Of a stretch of DNA of 32,000 nt, positions 7,296 through 14,766 are shown piece by piece. The notes under the pieces were generated by a model that ran no database searches, was not told where the DNA came from, and was given only the letters and a program-made list of their open reading frames with translations. Each line of letters opens with the position of its first letter. Position 1 is the first letter of the stretch. Source of the DNA: Telmatocola sphagniphila. GTDB taxonomy: Bacteria > Planctomycetota > Planctomycetia > Gemmatales > Gemmataceae. A program made the position numbers and the translations under genes. The DNA lies in NCBI RefSeq assembly GCF_018398935.1, contig NZ_CP074694.1, positions 3,450,001 to 3,482,000 on the forward strand, in the 5' to 3' direction.

Positions 7296-7701
7296 ACGAT
7301 CAATTAAATACTTCGCTCCGCCTTCACGTTAAATAGAATGAGCGTCCAAAAAATCTTTATAGCAGATTTTTCAATCCGCTATAATCCGAATTTTTTCTTC
7401 AAAATTAGAATAATTTTACAGTCGATGTCAAATCCGATTGTTTACCGTTGAGCCAAAGCATGGCAGCTTATTTGAATTTTGGATCTCTGATCCATAGGGC
7501 TCGAGCGTTTGAACGTTTGTCGTTCTGAAAACGGCGTGCATATCGTGATTTTGTGGGGAGATGTCCACAATGACAAATTTATTCGATGACAATTCTTAGG
7601 TGAGAAGATCGATCCGTGACATCAGTGAATGGCCAAAATTAACTTGAAATCAGTAAAAGTGATTTTCGTTCCCTACAACCGTTATTTTTTGGAGTACCAC
7701 G

Positions 7702-8139
7702 ATGAAAAAGCTGTTTATGCTCACTGCATTCGTTATTTGTTTAGCTTCTTTGAATGCGGGAATTTTAAGCGCGTTTACGTCGAACACCCCATCTGGTCAA
7801 GTATATATACTCCAGTCTGGGGCTGAATGTTCGCCGATCCCATGTACAACAATTCTGCCTGCTCCCTTACCCTATATCGGAAATAATCCTGGACAGGGTA
7901 CCAATATCCTTGGGACCTATTTTCTTTGCGTCGGCGGTCAAGGAAATGTGAATTTTTGTGCGACCTACTCGACGACTCCTCCAAGTTCCAACTGCTTTAC
8001 TCCTACCAATCCGCCAAGTACCACTACCTGTGCAGGTACGTTTTACACGACAACTCCCGACCCTACTCAGTTCGTAAATGGCTGGGAGGATAGTGGCATT
8101 CCATGCAACAGCCCAACATATGCTCAGTGTACTAATTGA
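7702..8139 (+). CDS. Small secreted Cys-, Thr- and Pro-rich protein (no recognised family)
   Basis: ATG with GGAG 7 nt upstream. Signal peptide 'MKKLFMLTAFVICLASLNAGILSA'. The predicted mature part has 8 Cys and long T/P/S/N/G runs ('TYSTTPPSSNCFTPTNPPSTTTCAGTFYTTTPDP'). Confidence 0.7.
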   Translation: MKKLFMLTAFVICLASLNAGILSAFTSNTPSGQVYILQSGAECSPIPCTTILPAPLPYIGNNPGQGTNILGTYFLCVGGQGNVNFCATYSTTPPSSNCFTPTNPPSTTTCAGTFYTTTPDPTQFVNGWEDSGIPCNSPTYAQCTN

Positions 8140-8349
8140 AAGCGAGTAAATGTACTAGAATGGTAAGGCATTCTCCTATGGATAGAGTTGCTTTCCCTCA
8201 AGGAAGAGGGAATCTCTATTGGCTTATTTGGAATAATCAAGAATCTATAACGCTTACAATTTGTCGACACTTTGTTGTATGACAAAGTAAATGCTGGTGC
8301 GTCCCATGGCACAGTTCTATCGATCAAGTGCTATAATTACGGAGCTGTC

Positions 8350-9240
8350 ATGTATTTTATAGTCCTTTCAGCAATTCTTTTTGTGGATGCGAAAAGTGAA
8401 TCGCTCGTGGAAAAAACCTTCAACTCATATTCGACGCTATCGGAAGGCATTCAGACGATGGAAGTGAAAGCTAATGTGGAACTCGCCAACAATGGCACTA
8501 CATCAAAATACACATTGCATTATTACCGAAGCCAAGATCAAGAAAAGATAAATTACCTGAACGAAAAGGAGCAAGTCTTCTTCACGTCTATTCGCGATAA
8601 AGGCGTTTACTCCGTCTATCCCGTAAATCCGTCTGGGAAGCAAAAATTGGGGACGATTCAACAATATCTGGGGTACGATTTGTGTGATTCGGATATCTGG
8701 AGCGACCTTGGATTTCGGCAACATAATCGGTTGAATGAAAACTACAAAAAGAATAAGGACAAGCATCCTTTTGCCAAATTCGATGCACGCGAAATGGATA
8801 AACTCTCTAATGTGGCGGGAAAAGGAGTGAGCATTAAAGAAATTCGTGGCCCCATGACCCATTGGCTGGAATTTAGCGATAGATACAACCAATATTGCAC
8901 TTACTCCCGGTATGAAATAGTCTTTAACGATAAGGACATCAGGTCTTCGTCGATCAATCGCACTAAGTTCAAAGACTTTGGGAACGGTCTCTACCTTCCC
9001 ATGGAAGTCGACTTTCAGTCGAAAATTGACCTGACAGGACAAATAACATCCAGCAAGAAGTACAAAATTACGAAGCTTCTTGTGAACGAATCTTTGCCCA
9101 AGGATTGTTTTGTGTTTCAATTTCCAGGAAACGTGACGGTCGATGATTTCATTAAGAAAATCAGGTACAAGACAGATGAAAAGGGCAACGCTTCGGGCCC
9201 TGTCCAAGACTTGCCCAAAGTACCGGCACCCAAGCAGTGA
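8350..9240 (+). CDS. LolA-like (lipoprotein-carrier fold) exported protein, putative
   Basis: ATG at 8350 with GGAG 5 nt upstream; the track start at 8272 is TTG. There is an N-terminal hydrophobic segment. 'SLVEKTFNSYSTLSEGIQTMEVKANVE' and the C-terminal 'LLVNESLPKDCFVFQFPGNVTV' resemble the start and end signatures of LolA/RseB-like families. The family call is tentative. Confidence 0.6.
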   Translation: MYFIVLSAILFVDAKSESLVEKTFNSYSTLSEGIQTMEVKANVELANNGTTSKYTLHYYRSQDQEKINYLNEKEQVFFTSIRDKGVYSVYPVNPSGKQKLGTIQQYLGYDLCDSDIWSDLGFRQHNRLNENYKKNKDKHPFAKFDAREMDKLSNVAGKGVSIKEIRGPMTHWLEFSDRYNQYCTYSRYEIVFNDKDIRSSSINRTKFKDFGNGLYLPMEVDFQSKIDLTGQITSSKKYKITKLLVNESLPKDCFVFQFPGNVTVDDFIKKIRYKTDEKGNASGPVQDLPKVPAPKQ

Positions 9241-9279
9241 TTATGTAGGTCTAGCTAAAGCAAAAGAAGATACATTGTC

Positions 9280-10407
9280 ATGAATAAATATCTCTTTCTT
9301 CTAGTCATTTTTGCAACGACAGTTGCGATTTCGTATATCGCTACTAGCCGCTTGAATGAAAACAATCCAGAATCGAAATTGGAAAATAAAATAATCGAAC
9401 CTGAACATTTCGACGATCAGTCTTCACGACTTGAATTTCCCGTGCTCGTTGAGTTAGGGGAATTGCCCGTAAGCAGCAGAGCAGTAGCAGAATTTTCAAT
9501 TGCCAACAGGGCCGATGAAGATATATCGATCTTTCGGTTTAAGACAGCTTGCTCCTGCATGGGGGTCGAATTTCAAAAAGGCGATATTTGGGAGCCGGTA
9601 AATAGCGTCAAGATTCCTGCGAAATCGGTTTTTAAATTTCGTCTAAGATTCTCTGTGGTTGGCAATTTTGGTCAACCAATGCAGACTTCGATTCAATTCG
9701 AAACTAATGAACCGACGCAAAAATCTGCAGAAGTGATCGTCAAAGTAAGTAAGGTCATCGCTGGAATGACTTCCGTTCCGCCTGTCATCGTCCTGTCGGA
9801 TCTACGAAACGGCGTTAGCTCAAAGCATAGATTCGAGATTCGCGATGGCTATCCCATTCCCCGAAAAGTTGGCCGTGTTGAGTATGCCGGAATGCCGAAT
9901 GTAGAATGCAAATACTCGCCTATCGACAATCCGAAGGTGGATAAGAATCAACACGGCACTCTCGTAGGGTACCTGGATTGTAAAATCACTCCCGAAAGTT
10001 CGGGTCATCAATTGGGTTTGATCTCCATTTTCATTGAAGGAGAAGAGGCCACGCCTTCGATCATTCCGATTAATTTTTCGATATCCGAAGACGTTCGAAT
10101 CCTTCCCCAAAAATTCTACTTCCCTAAGATGACTGACGAAGGGCTTCTATTCAAGGGAACTCTTCTCGTTTCATCTGACGAATTGGAAAAATACTCTATA
10201 GAATATCTTGATGTGCCGAGAGAAATTGAAATTAAGCCACAAGATAAAGTCGCGGGCGCGACATCGAGAAAGATCGAAATATCTGTAAAAAAAGAGTATA
10301 CTAAAGCGGTAGAAGAAAAGGTCTATAAATTTGAAGTTCAAGTTTCTAAAGAGAAGAAATCCCAAAGAAAAGAGATAACCATTACAGTATCACCGAAGGC
10401 GCCGTAG
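9280..10407 (+). CDS. DUF1573-like (PapD/ASH Ig-fold) membrane-anchored protein
   Basis: It starts 39 nt after the previous gene. N-terminal anchor 'YLFLLVIFATTVAISYIA'. 'VAEFSIANRADEDISIFRFKTACSCMGV' fits the DUF1573 pattern (N-x-G/A...L-x-I...SCGC). The C-terminus is K/E-rich. Confidence 0.65.
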   Translation: MNKYLFLLVIFATTVAISYIATSRLNENNPESKLENKIIEPEHFDDQSSRLEFPVLVELGELPVSSRAVAEFSIANRADEDISIFRFKTACSCMGVEFQKGDIWEPVNSVKIPAKSVFKFRLRFSVVGNFGQPMQTSIQFETNEPTQKSAEVIVKVSKVIAGMTSVPPVIVLSDLRNGVSSKHRFEIRDGYPIPRKVGRVEYAGMPNVECKYSPIDNPKVDKNQHGTLVGYLDCKITPESSGHQLGLISIFIEGEEATPSIIPINFSISEDVRILPQKFYFPKMTDEGLLFKGTLLVSSDELEKYSIEYLDVPREIEIKPQDKVAGATSRKIEISVKKEYTKAVEEKVYKFEVQVSKEKKSQRKEITITVSPKAP

Positions 10408-10671
10408 GATTCTACGGCAAATGATCCCGGTAAAGGGCTCGGACATCTGCGTTTTACATCAAACGGAATGAGATCAATGAAGTAATTTGGTCGTCAATTT
10501 CCGGTCGAGTCTTCGATTGATGTTTCTGTGTTGCCGCGTTGTGTCGACCTATTTGGCGTTATCGTACACATAACAATGAATGCGGTGTTAAATTTTGTTG
10601 TCGAATCTGGGACGCCCATGGAATTGATTTTTTGTGCCTTGTTCTAAAATGTTGTTAATGGTCAATCAAGT

Positions 10672-11589
10672 ATGCAATTAAATAGAAAGGCTGTGACCCT
10701 AATCGAAGCTATAGTAGTCATAGCTATAATTGGACTACTTATTGCTCTCTTACTCAGCGCTATCCAGGCTGCTAGAATGGCGATGGCTAGAGCAAGTTGT
10801 CTGAACAATTTGAAGCAAATTGGGCTCGCATTACACACTTACCATGATCAGAACGGCGGTTTGCCACCTCGAAGTGATCAAAATTTTCAGAGTTCCAATC
10901 CGGACACACATTTGAGTTTTTTTGCGTTGATTTTACCTCAAATTGGAGAAACAAATCTCTGGAATTCCTCCGTCGAAGCCTGTTCTATCGAACGTAATTC
11001 GTATCTCAATCCTCCACACATAGGTTTTGCGACTCCCATAAAGATTTATTCTTGCCCATCTGATGGTCGACTTGCCTCTGCTGTTACTTTAAAAACCGGT
11101 CAAAAAGCGGCTTTTACTTCTTACATCGGATGTATGGGAAGTTTAGAAAGAAAAGTTACTGACAAACGAACTCCCAATAGGTTAAATGGGCTTTTCGGAT
11201 CTATGCCAGGAATCTCGTTTGATGATATCAAAGATGGATTATCCGAAACGATTATGGTAGGAGAGCGTCCTCCACCAGATTCGTACGAAGCTGGATTGTG
11301 GTATCCGAGCGGCCATATTCTAAGAGCGCCTCAAAAAGGACCGAACGAATTTCTCGGAATTCCCTCATTAAGAACGCTATTTGACCAACAATGTCATGGA
11401 GTACAGGAAAAATATCAAGAAGATCGATTAGATAACCCATGTTCGCGTTTTCATTTCTGGAGCTTACATAAGGGCGGTGCCAATTGGTTATTTGCTGATG
11501 GATCGGTCCGATTTATGGCTTATGGTAATGATGACATCTTACGTGCACTCGCCACGAGAGATGGAGGGGAAGTAGTTGAATCACCATAA
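10672..11589 (+). CDS. DUF1559 protein with prepilin-type N-terminal cleavage/methylation domain and H-X9-DG motif
   Basis: 'RKA|VTLIEAIVVIAIIGLLIALLLSAIQAAR...CLNNLKQIGLALHTYHD' is a class III signal with Glu at +5. The C-terminal 'HKGGANWLFADGSVRF' is H-X9-DG. This is the hallmark expanded family of Planctomycetes. Confidence 0.9.
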   Translation: MQLNRKAVTLIEAIVVIAIIGLLIALLLSAIQAARMAMARASCLNNLKQIGLALHTYHDQNGGLPPRSDQNFQSSNPDTHLSFFALILPQIGETNLWNSSVEACSIERNSYLNPPHIGFATPIKIYSCPSDGRLASAVTLKTGQKAAFTSYIGCMGSLERKVTDKRTPNRLNGLFGSMPGISFDDIKDGLSETIMVGERPPPDSYEAGLWYPSGHILRAPQKGPNEFLGIPSLRTLFDQQCHGVQEKYQEDRLDNPCSRFHFWSLHKGGANWLFADGSVRFMAYGNDDILRALATRDGGEVVESP

Positions 11590-11592
11590 CTC

Positions 11593-13070
11593 CTGCACTT
11601 TCCCAGATAATCTAAGCGGAGCAGGCCATTTGGAACAAGCGTTTGACGGCTATTTTGTATTTTCGCGTTCCGGGCCCGCTTTGCGGAAGTGCTCGAAATT
11701 CTTCTTGCAAAATCAGCTTTAGCAACGACTTGCGTCGATCGTTATGAGAAGGCCGTCGCGGCCGATTATCCCAGGGACGATCGGAACGATCCACCAACTT
11801 CCTTTGCGGTTGATCCCAAGCCCACAGTTCGGTCAAAGTCATCATCCACAGGTTCATGTGAAACGCGCCGATGTTGGCGTGCAGGTTTCGCAATTGCTGC
11901 TGACCGGCTCTCCAAACTTCCTTGACGTCCTTGAAGACCTGCTCGATGGCATTGCGGCTGGCCACGGTTTCCAGGATCTGGGCCACCGTCGCCTCCGGAT
12001 TCGTCGAGAAGAAAGCGATCCACCCTTTTTTCTCTTTAACCAGAACCACGCGGATGACTCCCTCCGCCGACTTCCAGGTCGCCAGAAAACTCTTGTACGT
12101 TTTGACTTCTGGGCGACCGTACAACTGCAGGGAGGCCGACGACCATCCCCGGGCATGAGCCGCTCGCTTGGCCAAGTCGATTCGCTTCTCTCCGTACTTG
12201 CGGGGACGCCCCCGACCTTTGGAGGGAGAGGGCAACTCGTATAGGGCGGCATCCTTGCGGAGCCGACTGATCAATGTGAAGTTCAACTGCCGACACGCCC
12301 GCAGAATCGGTTTCTTCGCATAGCCGCCATCCGCCACGATCCAGACTGCTTTCCCCGGAGAAAACAAAGACTTCGAGAGCCATTGCAGGATCTCCACCGC
12401 CAGTTGCAGCTTGGTCCGAAACTTCCACTGGTACTTGCGGGGAAGCGTCGCGACCTCTTTCTGGCGGACGTATAACTGGGCTCGCCAAGGCAAGCCGATA
12501 ACGCCGTGGAGAGGATGCCAGGCCAATAAAGCCGCCACGACGAAGTTCTGCCCGTATTCGAGCAACTGTCCGATCGGACCCGGAGTCGGATTGTGGTGAA
12601 TTCCGGCCCCTTCGACCTTCGGACCGTAACGTTTGGTGAGGGTGTCATCCAGAGCAATCACGATCTTCTCGGATTGGGCCGCCGGGTGTTTGAGAACCAG
12701 TCGTCCCACGGCGGTACTCATCGAAAGGGATTCTCGACCGACCGCTGCAAGGTGCCGGTAGGCCGACTTGTACTTTCGACGGATACCGGCGGCTCGGAAC
12801 CATCGGGAGGCGGTGCGTCGCTGGTCCTGAGCGAGGAACATGCCGCGGAAGATACGCACGGTTAGCGACTGGATTCGAGCATCCAAAAAGAAGACCAGGG
12901 CGGAAAAAGCGCTGGACAGAAAGGAGGGAAAACGAGATACTTCCATGGCCGGTGCCTTCCTGGCTTGATGTTTTTTAAGCACCACCATGCTGACGGAAGC
13001 ACCGGCTTTTTCAAGAGCAATTCAAATTCCCAATACCCCTAAATTGTTAAGACTTTCTGGGAAAGTGCAG
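11593..13070 (-). mobile_element. IS4/IS701-like insertion sequence (1478 bp)
   Basis: Perfect 15-bp terminal inverted repeats: CTGCACTTTCCCAGA at 11593-11607 and TCTGGGAAAGTGCAG at 13056-13070, with 6 of the next 10 positions also matching. It holds one transposase gene. The flanks (…ATAACTC / ATCGGGT…) show no direct repeat. Confidence 0.8.
11612..12988 (-). CDS. DDE transposase (IS4/IS701-like)
   Basis: 458-aa ORF; an alternative ATG at 12946 is preceded by AGGAAGG. Candidate DDE residues lie in 'VIALDDTLTKRYG', 'WIVADGGYAKK' and 'NAIEQVFKDVKEVW'. The family assignment within the IS4 superfamily is from memory. Confidence 0.85.
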   Translation of the reverse strand: MVVLKKHQARKAPAMEVSRFPSFLSSAFSALVFFLDARIQSLTVRIFRGMFLAQDQRRTASRWFRAAGIRRKYKSAYRHLAAVGRESLSMSTAVGRLVLKHPAAQSEKIVIALDDTLTKRYGPKVEGAGIHHNPTPGPIGQLLEYGQNFVVAALLAWHPLHGVIGLPWRAQLYVRQKEVATLPRKYQWKFRTKLQLAVEILQWLSKSLFSPGKAVWIVADGGYAKKPILRACRQLNFTLISRLRKDAALYELPSPSKGRGRPRKYGEKRIDLAKRAAHARGWSSASLQLYGRPEVKTYKSFLATWKSAEGVIRVVLVKEKKGWIAFFSTNPEATVAQILETVASRNAIEQVFKDVKEVWRAGQQQLRNLHANIGAFHMNLWMMTLTELWAWDQPQRKLVDRSDRPWDNRPRRPSHNDRRKSLLKLILQEEFRALPQSGPGTRKYKIAVKRLFQMACSA

Positions 13071-13520
13071 ATCGGGTATAAGACAAACAAAAAGCTATTT
13101 TTCGATTCGGATTGCTTCCAAAAGTGCCGCGGGATTTCTTCTCCGACCCGGAAATCTCTCCGGAGTGTAGTCAGCTTCCTGGTACTGGTTGCCCGAAAGA
13201 TCGGGAACCGGAAAAAGCTTCGGTCCTCATCGAGAGACGATGTTGAACGATGAAATCGGTCACACACGGCTCGAGTTAGCCAGTTAGATTGATTCCGCTC
13301 TGACAGATAGCCGTTATCATCCGTTGCCCGCTAATCCCACCTCTACTTCGAACTTGGCAACGCCGGTAAGCTCGTTTCCCACTTGATCAGTTTCTCGCGA
13401 ATTTCCTTGAGGATTTCGGGGTGCTGATAGGCCAGATTCTTCCGCTCCCCGATATCGTTCGCAAGATCGAATAGCAATTCCGATTCGCGGTCAAAAATGT
13501 ATTTCCAGTTCCCGTATCGA
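13071..13520. repeat. Copy 2 of the 450-bp direct repeat (partner 3790-4239)
   Basis: See copy 1. This copy starts exactly at the IS4/IS701-like terminus and runs into the intact sulfatase gene. Confidence 0.95.
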
Positions 13521-14638
13521 ACGGCCCTCTGACCAAATCGAGAATTAGGACGAGGCAAACGCCAGAAGAGTGTTCGTGGTTTCGCCTCTTGCTTGCCGGA
13601 AATCCAGGGAATGATATCCTCGCCATCCAGATTTTCTGGGATCTTCCCGGTGGCATTTTTCAGAATGGTGGCCGTGAGATCCATGGCGATGACCGGCAGA
13701 CTCGAATCTTTACCCGACGGCACAACCCCCGGCCAGCGAACCATGCAGGGAACACGGATGCCTCCCTCCCAGAGGGAATATTTGCCGTGGAACAAGGGTG
13801 TATTGTCGGAAAGTCGCTCTCCGCCGTTGTCGTTGAGGAACAGTACCAGGGTGTTATCGGCCAGCTTGAGATCTTCCAGCTTTTTCAGCACCCGGCCAAT
13901 CCCCTCATCCAGGCGCTCGACAATTTTCACATAATCGGCCCGAGTGCCGTGGGCCGGGCCGTAGGTCGCTTTCCCATTGAGATCGGGTTTATCGGGTCTT
14001 TGAAACGGCCAGTGCGGAGCATTGTAGGCAACCTCCATGAAGAAGGGCTTGCCGGCGTTTTTATCCAAAAATTGCTCGGCTCGTTTCGTGAGGAGGTCCG
14101 TCAGATAGCCTTCTTCGTTGATCAGTTCGGTATTGTGATAAAGGCCGGGATCGCCCAAGGCATCCTTATGGGAAAAGTAATCGAGATCGGCTCCCGGGAA
14201 GCCGAAGAAATCGTCGAAGCCATGAGCGTTCGGCCCGAACTGGGGTTTATAACCGAGATGCCATTTTCCATAGAGGGCGGTCGAATACCCGGCGGCTTTC
14301 ATATTCTTCGCGAGGACCGAATCTGCCACCAGCAAACCGCGATCTTTCTCGGTATAGTTGATGACCCATTCAAAGCCGGTTTTCTGAGGATACCGGCCGG
14401 TTAGCAGGGCTGCCCGCGTGGGTGAGCAGACCGGGGCGGCGGCATAGGCATCGGTCAGCCGAACGCCTTGCTTCGCCAGTTGATCGAGGTGAGGTGTTTT
14501 GATTTCCTTGGAGCCGTAACAACCGAGGTCGCCATACCCCAGATCATCGACGACGATCAGGAGGACATTTGGGGGCGCGGCCTGTAGCTGAGTTGCCCCC
14601 AGGAATAAGAACGCTGTCAGAATTACCCAAGACCGCAT
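13343..14638 (-). CDS. Sulfatase (formylglycine-dependent arylsulfatase family), secreted
   Basis: Signal peptide 'MRSWVILTAFLFLGATQLQA'. 'LLIVVDDLGYGDLG' and the C-x-P-x-R site 'PVCSPTRAALLTGRY' are classic type I sulfatase signatures. Confidence 0.92.
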   Translation of the reverse strand: MRSWVILTAFLFLGATQLQAAPPNVLLIVVDDLGYGDLGCYGSKEIKTPHLDQLAKQGVRLTDAYAAAPVCSPTRAALLTGRYPQKTGFEWVINYTEKDRGLLVADSVLAKNMKAAGYSTALYGKWHLGYKPQFGPNAHGFDDFFGFPGADLDYFSHKDALGDPGLYHNTELINEEGYLTDLLTKRAEQFLDKNAGKPFFMEVAYNAPHWPFQRPDKPDLNGKATYGPAHGTRADYVKIVERLDEGIGRVLKKLEDLKLADNTLVLFLNDNGGERLSDNTPLFHGKYSLWEGGIRVPCMVRWPGVVPSGKDSSLPVIAMDLTATILKNATGKIPENLDGEDIIPWISGKQEAKPRTLFWRLPRPNSRFGQRAVRYGNWKYIFDRESELLFDLANDIGERKNLAYQHPEILKEIREKLIKWETSLPALPSSK

Positions 14639-14766
14639 ACGCGCTCCAATAGAGGAGTATTTTACCCGTAGTATTGTAGTAACTTGGCGGTTCCCGAAGG
14701 CTTTCCCAGTGACTCCTCTGTCACGTCCGACTTCCCGAAGCTCATATAATGGAAATTCTTGAATAA

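Noticed and set aside
8503-9207. 234-aa antisense ORF opposite the LolA-like gene
   Set aside because: An antisense ORF this long is unusual in AT-rich DNA. However, the translation is F/I/R/L-biased and unlike a globular or membrane protein. The plus-strand product has a signal-like N-terminus, an RBS and family-like termini.
11689-12865. Multiple overlapping ORFs within the IS4/IS701-like element (e.g. 11744..12244 +, 12036..12488 -)
   Set aside because: These are shadows of the 458-aa transposase ORF, with no independent motifs.
13589-14404. 271-aa ORF antisense to the sulfatase, and similar antisense ORFs 17853..18410, 21509..22261, 22289..22975 and 25313..26548
   Set aside because: All lie opposite genes with strong family signatures and are typical GC-rich shadow ORFs.
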